Source: an uncultured Vagococcus sp.
GTDB lineage: Bacteria; Bacillota; Bacilli; Lactobacillales; Vagococcaceae
Assembly: GCA_965119435.1 (NCBI GenBank)
Contig: CBCPLQ010000014.1
Coordinates: 4,747-68,746, forward strand
Length of the DNA: 64,000 nt
Direction of reading: 5' to 3'
The translations under genes and the position numbers were made by a program. This document shows, piece after piece, positions 30,504-42,833 of the stretch. Positions within the stretch are counted from its first letter, which is position 1; every line of letters starts with the position of its first letter. The notes under the pieces were generated by a model. That model did no database searches. It saw only the letters and a list, made by a program, of their open reading frames with translations, and had not been told where the DNA came from.

Positions 30504-31652
30504 TTAAAATTCTAATTTTTCGATTTTATCAAATGCCTCTTTTAATAAAGATAATTCTTGAGTAGCCGCTAAGCGAACATAGTTATCACCGGAATGTCCA
30601 AATGCTCTTCCAGGAATTACTAAAACGTGTTGTTCTTCGAGTAATTTCATAGCAAAATCAATTGATGACATACCTGATTTTGAGATATTGATGAAGGCGT
30701 ACATACTACCCTTAACAGGAGAGAGAGTCATAAAAGGAATAGAACTTACCCGTTTTTCAACATAGGCTAATCTTTCTTTAAAAATCTCCACTAGTTTAGG
30801 AGCTATTTCATCTTGATATTCCAAGGCGTAAATCCCAGCTCGTTGAGAAGGAGTAGGAGCAGAGAAGGTTAAATTTTCATTTAAAATAGTTGCGGCTGAG
30901 TTAATGTAATCAGGAGCAATCATGTAGCCAATACGCCAACCAGTCATAGCAAATTTCTTCGAAAAACTATTTAGGGTGATTGTGTTGTTGGGTGCGTACG
31001 TTGCAATAGGAGTAAATTTTTCTTCAAAACTAAACGCTTCGTAAACTTCGTCAGACAATATATATATATGGTGTTCAATAGCAATATCTGCAATTTTTTT
31101 TAATGTTTCTTTTGAAAAAACAGCTCCAGTTGGGTTATTTGGTGTGTTGATAATGATAGCTTTTGTCTTTGGTGTGATAGCTTTTTTTAAAATATCAATA
31201 TCAATTTGAAAATCATCCTTTTCGTAGGTAGGAATAATAACAGGGATGCCACCCACTTCTTCAACTTGAGTTTTGTAAGGAGAAAAGAAAGGCTCGTGAA
31301 TGATTACTTCATCCCCTTTATTAATGATAACTCTTAAAGCTAGGTAAATACCGTGCAAAGCTCCAACTGTTGCTCGAACTTGATTTTTTTCAAACGTTAG
31401 ACCATAGTGTTTTTGGTAATAACTTAAAACTGCCTGAACGAAGTCGTCACTTCCATTAGGAGCTGTATAGTGAGTGTGGCCATTCTTAACATCAGAAAAA
31501 GCAGCCTCAATAATATTACTATCAGTGGTTAAGTCAGGATCACCATAAGATAAATCAAGTACGTTTTCTAGTTCGGTGGCCATATTACCAAACTCTAACA
31601 AGATATTTTTTTCTGGCTCTTGGTAAAACTGAGATAAATAAGTTGAATTCAT
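30504..31652 (-). CDS. Class I/II PLP-dependent aminotransferase
   Basis: NTPNNPTG, SDEVY, SFSKKFAMTGWRIG; start MNSTY after SD aaggagg. Confidence 0.92.
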   Translation of the reverse strand: MNSTYLSQFYQEPEKNILLEFGNMATELENVLDLSYGDPDLTTDSNIIEAAFSDVKNGHTHYTAPNGSDDFVQAVLSYYQKHYGLTFEKNQVRATVGALHGIYLALRVIINKGDEVIIHEPFFSPYKTQVEEVGGIPVIIPTYEKDDFQIDIDILKKAITPKTKAIIINTPNNPTGAVFSKETLKKIADIAIEHHIYILSDEVYEAFSFEEKFTPIATYAPNNTITLNSFSKKFAMTGWRIGYMIAPDYINSAATILNENLTFSAPTPSQRAGIYALEYQDEIAPKLVEIFKERLAYVEKRVSSIPFMTLSPVKGSMYAFINISKSGMSSIDFAMKLLEEQHVLVIPGRAFGHSGDNYVRLAATQELSLLKEAFDKIEKLEF

Positions 31653-31757
31653 GATTATCCTCCTTGAAAAATAAAAAATAGATGTTGTGTCAAAGATTAT
31701 GAGACGTGTACTAACTAACATCTGTCATCATTATTTCTTCGATACAACATCTTTAGT

Positions 31758-32480
31758 TTAAAGTACTTTGCTTAAAAAGTCTTGTGTCCGAGCATTTTTC
31801 GGATGATTAAATAATTCTTCAGGTGAATCATCTTCTTGAATAACACCATCTGCCATAAAGATAACCCTATCAGCTACTTCTTTAGCAAATCCCATCTCAT
31901 GTGTGACAACAACCATGGTCATACCATCTTTTGCTAAATCTTTCATAACAGTAAGTACTTCACCAACCATTTCAGGATCAAGGGCGGACGTAGGTTCATC
32001 AAAGAGCATCACGTCTGGGCTCATTGCCAAAGCTCTAGCAATGGCAACACGCTGTTGCTGACCGCCAGATAATTGGGAGGGAAAGCTATTTGCTTTGTCT
32101 TTTAACCCAACCCTTTCCAGGAGTTTCAAAGCCTTTACTTCAGCTACTTCAGGTGTTTCTTCTTTAACTTTAATAGGACTGATTGTTAAGTTTTCTAAAA
32201 CTGATTTATGAGGAAATAAGTTGAAACTTTGAAAAACCATTCCCATTTTTTGACGAAGTTTATTGATATCTGTTTCTTTATCAACTAAGTTAACTCCCTC
32301 AAACTCAATGACACCACTTGATGGTTCTTCTAGAAGGTTTAAACATCTTAAAAAAGTACTTTTCCCACTACCAGAAGGGCCAATGACAACAACAACTTCA
32401 CCTTGATTAATTGTTAAATCAATTCCTTTTAGTACTTCATTTTTATCGAAGCTTTTAGTTAATCCTTTAATATTAATCAT
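31758..32480 (-). CDS. Polar amino-acid ABC ATPase (GlnQ/ArtR type)
   Basis: [34 protein letters not shown]. Confidence 0.93.
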   Translation of the reverse strand: MINIKGLTKSFDKNEVLKGIDLTINQGEVVVVIGPSGSGKSTFLRCLNLLEEPSSGVIEFEGVNLVDKETDINKLRQKMGMVFQSFNLFPHKSVLENLTISPIKVKEETPEVAEVKALKLLERVGLKDKANSFPSQLSGGQQQRVAIARALAMSPDVMLFDEPTSALDPEMVGEVLTVMKDLAKDGMTMVVVTHEMGFAKEVADRVIFMADGVIQEDDSPEELFNHPKNARTQDFLSKVL

Positions 32481-33927
32481 TTAAACTCATTCTCCTTTCA
32501 GCGACACCTAAAATTCTAGATAATGTAAATGTTAAAACAAAATAAATTAGCGAAACAATCACGATTGGTAAGAAAGGTTTAAAGCTCGCTCCTTGAACAA
32601 CGCCGCCTTGGAACATTAACTCGGAGACCCCGATGACTGACACTACAGAGGATTCTTTTATAACCGTTACAAACTCATTACCTAATGCCGGTAAAATATT
32701 TTTAATAGCTTGTGGCAAAACAATATGACGCATTGCTTGAGCCTGATTCATCCCAAGCGACCTTGCAGCTTCGGTTTGACCAACATCAACTGCTTTAATA
32801 CCAGCACGGACAACTTCTGCTACGTAAGCTCCACTGTTTAAGGCTAGGGCTAAACAACTAGCAGTCAGAGCACTTAAATCCAGTCCAATGACATTAGAAC
32901 CAAAGAATACTAGAAAAATTTGAACTAAGAGAGGTGTACCACGAACATATTCAATGTAGACAATGGCGATACCTTTTAACAATTTATTTTTAGATAATTT
33001 CATTAAAGCAAGAATAGCGCCTAAAATTGCACCAAAAAAGACCCCAATAAAGGCTAAAAATACAGTGTAAGCTGTCCCTTTAACGTAAAATGAACTGTAT
33101 TTTTTAAAGAAGGATTCTTCTTCGAACATTAGTTTTGAGGCTTCTTTCTGATAGCCATCCATTAGTTTTTTTTCTTTTATTTCTTTAATTGATTTGTTAA
33201 TAGCATCTGAAAATTCAGTAGAATTCTTTGGAATAGCTACCGCAGTATCTTTACTGCCATTTTTAAAGGTAACATTATCAGGGTAGGCTAATGCTTTATT
33301 TTGTAAAATATAAGCCTCAGCAACAGGACCTTCTATAACAGCACCTTCAATTTTTTTATTTTGTAGTTGAAGCATAATGTCTGGTAAACGTTGCAAGGAA
33401 ACGGTATTAGCGAGTAGTTCATCATTTGATAATTCTTCTTGGGTTGATTGCTTTTGGGCACCAACTTTTTGACCTTTAAAATCTTCAATATTTTTATATT
33501 TTTCTTTATCTTCTTTCCGAATAATGACTTTTTGATCTACTGTCATGTACGGATCTGAAAAATCAACTTCTTTTAAACGTTCAGGAGTAGGGGACATTCC
33601 CGAAATAATCATGTCGATTTTGCCTGTTTTTAAAGCCCCCATTAAAGCATCAAAACCATATTCTTCGATTTTGAGTTTAACACCCATATCATCTGCAATT
33701 TTTTGAGCGATATCAATATCCATTCCAACTATTTTATCTTTACCGTCAACAGTTGCGTGGAATTCATAAGGTGCGTAGTCTGCAGATAATCCGACGGTTA
33801 AAACGCCTTTATCTTCAACCTTTTTTAAAGTAGGATCACTACTTTCTGCATGAACCACGTTAAAACTCATTAAACTAAACATAAACACCATTAATATGGC
33901 AAATCCTTGCTGCCATTTTTTTATCAT
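32473..33927 (-). CDS. Polar amino-acid ABC binding protein-permease fusion, probably arginine
   Basis: [12 protein letters not shown] binding domain plus [10 protein letters not shown] / SGAYVAE permease; ARG-like boxes upstream. Confidence 0.85.
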   Translation of the reverse strand: MIKKWQQGFAILMVFMFSLMSFNVVHAESSDPTLKKVEDKGVLTVGLSADYAPYEFHATVDGKDKIVGMDIDIAQKIADDMGVKLKIEEYGFDALMGALKTGKIDMIISGMSPTPERLKEVDFSDPYMTVDQKVIIRKEDKEKYKNIEDFKGQKVGAQKQSTQEELSNDELLANTVSLQRLPDIMLQLQNKKIEGAVIEGPVAEAYILQNKALAYPDNVTFKNGSKDTAVAIPKNSTEFSDAINKSIKEIKEKKLMDGYQKEASKLMFEEESFFKKYSSFYVKGTAYTVFLAFIGVFFGAILGAILALMKLSKNKLLKGIAIVYIEYVRGTPLLVQIFLVFFGSNVIGLDLSALTASCLALALNSGAYVAEVVRAGIKAVDVGQTEAARSLGMNQAQAMRHIVLPQAIKNILPALGNEFVTVIKESSVVSVIGVSELMFQGGVVQGASFKPFLPIVIVSLIYFVLTFTLSRILGVAERRMSLND

Positions 33928-33957
33928 ATAAAGCACTCCTTTTTTATCAATGATTGA

Positions 33958-34042
33958 ATTATACATAAAATAACTATAATATGCAATTAAAAATTGTATA
34001 ATTGCATAAAAATATGATAAATATGAATAATTATGATATTAT
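33958..34042. promoter_or_regulatory. Divergent SigA promoters with tandem ARG-box-like sites
   Basis: Minus strand TTGCAT-17-TATAAT; boxes attgcataaaaatatgat (34001) and tatgaataattatgatat (34022) in 18+3+18 spacing. Confidence 0.5.
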
Positions 34043-34076
34043 GTGGCTATCTTATGAATACGAGGAGGAAAAAGGA

Positions 34077-35138
34077 ATGAAAGAAAAAATGATTGTTAGA
34101 GGTGCACCGCAAGAATATATATGCGAAGTTGGTGCTTGGGATAAATTAGAAACTCATTTAATAGAAAGAAGAATAACGAATGTTTTAATTCTTCACGGAG
34201 AAAAATCGTGGGAAATAGGAAATTCTTTTTTTCCCCAATTGAAACAGATAACGAGTCATTTTAAACATTATAAAAATGAATGTAGTTTTGAAAATATGTC
34301 TATATTTAACGACTATGTAAATGAAAATAAAATTGATGGAGTTATCGCAGTAGGAGGTGGGAAAGTACTAGATCTAGGTAAATTAGTCGCATATGAATGT
34401 CAAATTGATTGTATCTGCTTACCAACACTTGCTTCAACTTGTGCAGCGTTCACGCCTGTAAGTGTAATTTATAATAGGAGGGGAGAGATGATAGATATGA
34501 AGTTCTTCTCACGTAGTATTAGCTTGACCCTAATTGATCCCGAGGTAATACTTCACTCACCAAAAGAATATTTAATTGCTGGAATTGGTGATACCTTAGC
34601 TAAGTGGTACGAATCAGACCCGGTTATTTCCAAATTAAACAGTTGTTCTGTGGAAATATCAGTCGCTAAATTTGCAGCAAAACAATGTCAGGAAAATTTA
34701 CTATCTTATGGGATAAAAGCCATTAATGATTTAGAAAATAATATTTTATCAGATGATTTTATAAAAATTGTAGAAACTAATATATTATTAGCGGGAATGG
34801 TTGGAGGATTTGGTGATAAGTACGGGCGAACTTCAGGTGCACATAGTATTCATGATGCCCTAACTTTTTTACCAGAAACACATAACTATTTACATGGTAA
34901 TAAGGTTGCCTATGGTATTTTAGTCCAACTGGCAATTGAAGGAAAGTGGGAAGAGATTAAAAAATTAGTTGTATTTTATGAGGAAGTGGGCTTACCATAC
35001 TCATTTAGTCAATTAGATATAAGTTTAAGTGACTTGGATATTATTGCAGAGATTTCTGCTAAAGATGAGTTGATACATTTGTTACCACAGTTTATTACAG
35101 AAAAAGTTATCAAAGACGCAATGGTAACTTTGAATTAA
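34077..35138 (+). CDS. Iron-containing alcohol dehydrogenase family, glycerol-dehydrogenase-like
   Basis: GGGKVLD, PTLASTCA, GIGDTLAKWYE, AHSIH, LHGNKVAYG; start MKEK after SD gaggagg. Confidence 0.85.
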   Translation: MKEKMIVRGAPQEYICEVGAWDKLETHLIERRITNVLILHGEKSWEIGNSFFPQLKQITSHFKHYKNECSFENMSIFNDYVNENKIDGVIAVGGGKVLDLGKLVAYECQIDCICLPTLASTCAAFTPVSVIYNRRGEMIDMKFFSRSISLTLIDPEVILHSPKEYLIAGIGDTLAKWYESDPVISKLNSCSVEISVAKFAAKQCQENLLSYGIKAINDLENNILSDDFIKIVETNILLAGMVGGFGDKYGRTSGAHSIHDALTFLPETHNYLHGNKVAYGILVQLAIEGKWEEIKKLVVFYEEVGLPYSFSQLDISLSDLDIIAEISAKDELIHLLPQFITEKVIKDAMVTLN

Positions 35139-35223
35139 TTACAGTAAGAATTATGGTAGATTATTATTTAGTCTGCTATAAATCTTGCTGAAAAAGAGAT
35201 ATAAAAGTGTTTAGTTATTTATT

Positions 35224-35260
35224 TGTAAACGTTGACAAATAAAAAAATATTTGTTATTCT
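35224..35260 (+). promoter_or_regulatory. CcpA cre site overlapping the -35 of the licT-bgl promoter
   Basis: TGTAAACGTTGACA fits TGWAANCGNTNWCA; TTGACA-17-TATTCT with extended TG. Confidence 0.85.
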
Positions 35261-35289
35261 TTTATTAATAGATTTGAACAGATATGTAT

Positions 35290-35378
35290 GGATAGTAACA
35301 TTAAGTTGGCTAAACCTAATTTTTCTAAAGATTCAGCTTTTTTGAGCTATTTTTAGAAAGATTGGGTTTTTCTTTTTT
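35290..35378 (+). promoter_or_regulatory. RAT antiterminator 1 overlapping an intrinsic terminator
   Basis: GGATAGTAACATTAAGTTGGCTAAACC; its 3' end overlaps stem aacctaatttttctaaaga / tttttagaaagattgggtt, followed by T-tract. Confidence 0.8.
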
Positions 35379-35398
35379 CATCAAAAGGGGGAAGTAAA

Positions 35399-36250
35399 TT
35401 GATTATTCATAAGGTTCTTAATAATAATGTAGTTATCGTATTAGATGAATCCAATCAAGAACAAGTTGTGACAGGAAGAGGCTTAGCTTTTCAAAAAAAG
35501 GTTGGCGATAAGTTAGATAAAAATAAAATCACGCAAATATTTACACTTGCGTCTACTACCCCGTCATCAAAAGTTCAAGAACTACTTAAGGAAATTCCAA
35601 TTGAGGTTATGGAAGTAGTAGATAAGATAATTACTTTAGCAAAAAGTCAGTTAGGAAAAGACTTAAATGATTCGATCTATCTACCTTTAATGGATCATAT
35701 AACTAATGCAATCGAAAGAGAAAACCAAGGCATTGCAGTGAAAAATATTCTTTTATGGGATATAAAACGTTTTTTTCCAGAAGAGTATTTGTTAGGCAAA
35801 AAAGGGCTAGACTTAGTTAATGAAGAGTTAAATGTCAATTTATCAAAGGAAGAGGCTGGTTTCATAGCCCTTCATTTAATCAATTCCGAGATGAGTGACA
35901 AATTTGAAAATATATATGAACTAACAAACGTTATGAGCCAAATAATGAATATTGTAAAATATCATTTCAAAATGGAAATAGATGAACAATCTATTTATTT
36001 TGACCGTTTTAGGACTCATTTAAAATATTTTGCCTATCGCTTATTGAAACAAGAGATTTATGAATCTCAAGGAGAAGATGAGTTATATGAAATGGTGAAA
36101 GAGAAATATCCTAGTGAATATGCTTGTGTATTAAAAATATCTGAGTATTTGTTAAAGCAATATAGTTACAAAGTGAGCTCGGAAGAGAAATTATATTTAA
36201 TGATTCATATAGCCAAGCTTGTTCAGGCAAATGACTCACAACAAAATTAG
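35399..36250 (+). CDS. licT: BglG/LicT-family transcriptional antiterminator
   Basis: IHKVLNNNVV, GRGLAFQKKVGD (CAT domain), two PRDs; TTG start. Confidence 0.92.
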   Translation: MIIHKVLNNNVVIVLDESNQEQVVTGRGLAFQKKVGDKLDKNKITQIFTLASTTPSSKVQELLKEIPIEVMEVVDKIITLAKSQLGKDLNDSIYLPLMDHITNAIERENQGIAVKNILLWDIKRFFPEEYLLGKKGLDLVNEELNVNLSKEEAGFIALHLINSEMSDKFENIYELTNVMSQIMNIVKYHFKMEIDEQSIYFDRFRTHLKYFAYRLLKQEIYESQGEDELYEMVKEKYPSEYACVLKISEYLLKQYSYKVSSEEKLYLMIHIAKLVQANDSQQN

Positions 36251-39693
<3,443 letters not shown>

Positions 39694-39703
39694 TAAGCAG
39701 TTC

Positions 39704-39743
39704 AAAAAGAGACTGGCGAATGATATGAACTAGTCTCTTTTTT
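39704..39743 (+). terminator. Hairpin with T-tract (repeat family member)
   Basis: aaaaagagactgg...ctagtctctttttt. Confidence 0.6.
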
Positions 39744-39786
39744 CATGATAAAAATAAAAACGGTTTCAAAAAAAGGGGATAAAAAA

Positions 39787-40593
39787 ATGAAAAAATCGAT
39801 TAAATTATTAGGTTTTGCATCAGCAGCCTTATTATTATTTACAGGATGTTCTACTAAACAAAATGAGAGTGAAAAAAAGACAACGGCTTCAAATGAAGAG
39901 TTAACGTTGTATGTAGTTCGCCATGGAAAAACCATGTTAAATACAACTGATAGAGTTCAAGGATGGTCAGACGCATTTTTAACAAAAGAAGGAGAAGAAG
40001 TAGTTTCAGCCGCAGGAAAAGGTCTAGCTAGTGTTGATTTTCAAGATGCCTATAGTAGTGACAGTGGGAGAGCAGTTCAAACAGCTAACTTGATTTTAAA
40101 AGAAAATACAACTAGTTCGGCTTTAGAAGTTCAAACTAATTCTGGTCTAAGAGAATTTAACTTTGGAACATATGAAGGTGATTTAAATCAAACGATGTGG
40201 GGAGATATTGCAAACAAACAGGGAGTTACGACAGAGGAATTTATGAAAACAATGACACCTGAATCATTTGCAAATAGTGTAGCTGAGTTGGATAAAGAGA
40301 AAAATAAAGAAGGTAAAAATTGGCCAGCTGAAGATTATAAAACAATAACGACTAGATTAACAAAATCAATTGACGAGATAGTGAAAAAAGAAAAAGCTAA
40401 AAAGGGTTCTGGAAATGTGTTAGTAGTATCCCATGGGTTGAGTATCTCAGCTTTACTAGATACCTTGTTTGATGACTTTAAAACACCGGCAGGAGGTTTA
40501 AAAAATGCTAGTGTGTCCATTATTAAAGTTAAAGATGGTAAATACACTCTTGAAAGTATCAATGACACATCTTATATAGAAAAGGGAAAATAA
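39787..40593 (+). CDS. Histidine phosphatase family lipoprotein
   Basis: Lipobox LFTGC, RHGKT, LREFNFG, VSHG. Confidence 0.88.
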   Translation: MKKSIKLLGFASAALLLFTGCSTKQNESEKKTTASNEELTLYVVRHGKTMLNTTDRVQGWSDAFLTKEGEEVVSAAGKGLASVDFQDAYSSDSGRAVQTANLILKENTTSSALEVQTNSGLREFNFGTYEGDLNQTMWGDIANKQGVTTEEFMKTMTPESFANSVAELDKEKNKEGKNWPAEDYKTITTRLTKSIDEIVKKEKAKKGSGNVLVVSHGLSISALLDTLFDDFKTPAGGLKNASVSIIKVKDGKYTLESINDTSYIEKGK

Positions 40594-40643
40594 CGAATGT
40601 AAAAAAAGATACATCGTTTGCTTAGTTAAAATAAATATATTGT

Positions 40644-40681
40644 AAAAAGATTGAGACAGAAATTTTTGTCTCAATCTTTTT
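40644..40681. terminator. Terminator (repeat family member)
   Basis: aaaaagattgagaca-gaaattt-ttgtctcaatctttt. Confidence 0.8.
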
Positions 40682-40715
40682 GTTTTGTTAACATCTTATA
40701 AATTAGTTCAAATCC

Positions 40716-40772
40716 AAAAGATTAAAAAAAGATTAAAAAAAGATTGCTTTATTCTAATCTTTGGGATAAGAT
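40716..40772 (+). promoter_or_regulatory. SigA promoter of oppA1 with three 11-bp phased repeats
   Basis: aaaagatt at 11-bp period x3; TTGCTT(40744)-17-TAAGAT. Confidence 0.6.
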
Positions 40773-40803
40773 AACAATTATAATTAAAAAGGAGGAACGT
40801 TTC

Positions 40804-42465
40804 ATGAAATATAAAAAGATGATAGGATCTCTTATTTTAGCTAGTAGTGTGTTGCTTTTTGTCGGCTGCTCTAGTGAATCTAAGCCTAAAGAAGGAACAA
40901 AAAAGAAAGAAGTTTCGACGACTCAGGTAGCTAAATTTGGTATTCCCCAAGAGATTGCATCAATCGATCCTGCGAAGGCGACTGATAAAGTGAGTTTTGG
41001 CGTTATGAATCAAATTTATGAAGGTTTCTACCGAATGGATGAAAAAAATAGTCCGCAACCTGCCGGAGCAAAAGAGTTAGCTAAAGTTAGTGATGATGGG
41101 TTAACCTATACATTAAAATTAAGAGAAGAATCTAACTGGAGTAATGGAGATCCTGTTTTAGCAAAAGACTATGTTTATGCATGGCAACGAATCATAAATC
41201 CCAAAACAGCATCGGAGTACGCGTACTTAATTGAAAATGTTAAGAATGCAAAAGCAATTATGGCTGGAGATAAGAAACCAGAAGAACTAGGAATTGAAGC
41301 CGTTAATGATTATGAAGTAAGGATTACATTAGATAATGCCATTCCTTATTTTGATTCTCTTCTAGCTTTTCCAAGTTTCTTTCCTTTGAATCAAAAATCA
41401 GTAGAAGAATTTGGTAAAGATGCTTTTGATACAAATGAGAAAGTTGTTTATAATGGACCATTCACTTTAGCAGAGTTTGATGGTCCAGGTTCAGATATTG
41501 AATGGAAATACTTAAAAAATAAAGATTACTGGGATAAGGATGCTGTAAAAATCGATGAAGTTCAAGCAACTGTTATAAAAGAAGCGTCAACAGCATTAAA
41601 CTTATATGAAGATGGTCAGCTAGATGATGTTATTGTGACGGGGGAGTTAGCTAAACAATACAAAGAGGATCCTAATTTTATTGGAGAAAAAGATGGTCGT
41701 GTCGTTTATCTTGATACAAATAAGAAGAGCAAGCAAGTTGCTTTTGATAATTTAAACTTAAGAAAAGCACTCTTTTATTCGATTGACAATCAAGCCGTTG
41801 TAGATACTGTTTTAGGAGATGGTTCTGAAGCAGTTAATGGGATTGTACCCAAACAACTAGCACTTAGTCCAGAAACGAAAAAAGATTTTGTTGATGAATC
41901 TGGTCAATATAAAACTTATGATAAAAAGAAAGCAAAAGAATATTTAGAGAAAGCCAAAAAAGAGTTGAAGACAGATGAGATTAGCTTTGATATTTTGACA
42001 GATGATAATGATTCAACTAAAAAGTTAGCTGAGTATCTACAAGGTTCATTCAAAGATGAGCTAGGAATAAAAACAACCGTGACACCTGTAACTAAGCCTA
42101 TCCGCCTTGAAAGAACTGATAATGGAGATTTTGACATGGTTGTTACTGCATGGGGAGCAGATTATACGGACGTAAGTTCATTCTTAGATTTATTTGTTAC
42201 AGGAAATAGCTATAATCGAGGTGAATACTCAAATAAAAGCTATGACAAATTAATTGACGAAGCAAGAACTGAAAATGCAACAGATGAAAAAGCTCGTTGG
42301 CAAAATTATTTAGACGCTGAAAAAATCCTTTTAGAGGAAGACGCTGCTGTAGTACCAGTCTATCAAGTGGTAGAGGGACACTTAAGAAACCCTAATTTAA
42401 CCGGCTATATCTCTCATAGTGCTGGAGCATCATATGAGTATAAATATCTAGAAATGAAAAAATGA
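40804..42465 (+). CDS. Oligopeptide-binding lipoprotein (OppA paralog 1)
   Basis: Lipobox FVGC, WSNGDPVLAKDYVYAWQR, NGPF, WGADY. Confidence 0.92.
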   Translation: MKYKKMIGSLILASSVLLFVGCSSESKPKEGTKKKEVSTTQVAKFGIPQEIASIDPAKATDKVSFGVMNQIYEGFYRMDEKNSPQPAGAKELAKVSDDGLTYTLKLREESNWSNGDPVLAKDYVYAWQRIINPKTASEYAYLIENVKNAKAIMAGDKKPEELGIEAVNDYEVRITLDNAIPYFDSLLAFPSFFPLNQKSVEEFGKDAFDTNEKVVYNGPFTLAEFDGPGSDIEWKYLKNKDYWDKDAVKIDEVQATVIKEASTALNLYEDGQLDDVIVTGELAKQYKEDPNFIGEKDGRVVYLDTNKKSKQVAFDNLNLRKALFYSIDNQAVVDTVLGDGSEAVNGIVPKQLALSPETKKDFVDESGQYKTYDKKKAKEYLEKAKKELKTDEISFDILTDDNDSTKKLAEYLQGSFKDELGIKTTVTPVTKPIRLERTDNGDFDMVVTAWGADYTDVSSFLDLFVTGNSYNRGEYSNKSYDKLIDEARTENATDEKARWQNYLDAEKILLEEDAAVVPVYQVVEGHLRNPNLTGYISHSAGASYEYKYLEMKK

Positions 42466-42478
42466 TTAAAAAAATGAG

Positions 42479-42507
42479 TTGACGATGTGAAAAACATTTG
42501 ATATTAT
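42479..42507 (+). promoter_or_regulatory. SigA promoter of the T-box leader
   Basis: TTGACG-17-TATTAT with extended TG. Confidence 0.75.
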
Positions 42508-42544
42508 CACTAATAACAAATAAATAAATAGTCTGATTTTTAAA

Positions 42545-42788
42545 TGTATTGAAAAGGAAAGTACTTATTAAGGAAACTTTTAGAGAGTCTCGGTTGGTGA
42601 AAAGAGATAGTGGAGAGAATGAGGAAAATGGCCTTTGAACAGATAGGTTGACTAGTTAAGCCTATACAGGGGTGCCTGTTATCGCACAAAGGTATGTTAG
42701 TACTGGATAAGCAGGCACTTTTGACGAAAAGGTGGTCGCAAAGAAAAGAATCTTTGCCCTTTATAGGGGTGAAGATTCTTTTTTTTTA
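42545..42788 (+). ncRNA. T-box riboswitch with Met (AUG) specifier
   Basis: Stem I gaaaagg...cctttgaa, AGAGAG bulge, GGTGAAA loop, specifier ATG at 42628, F-box-like cctgttatc, GGTGGT T-box, terminator with T-tract. Confidence 0.85.
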
Positions 42789-42833
42789 TTCTTTTTAATA
42801 TTTTTTCAACAGATTATAAAAGGAGAAATAAAA

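Noticed and set aside
42732-42833. 34-aa N-terminal extension of OppA2 in the ORF track
   Set aside because: It runs through the T-box terminator; the signal peptide starts at ATG 42834.
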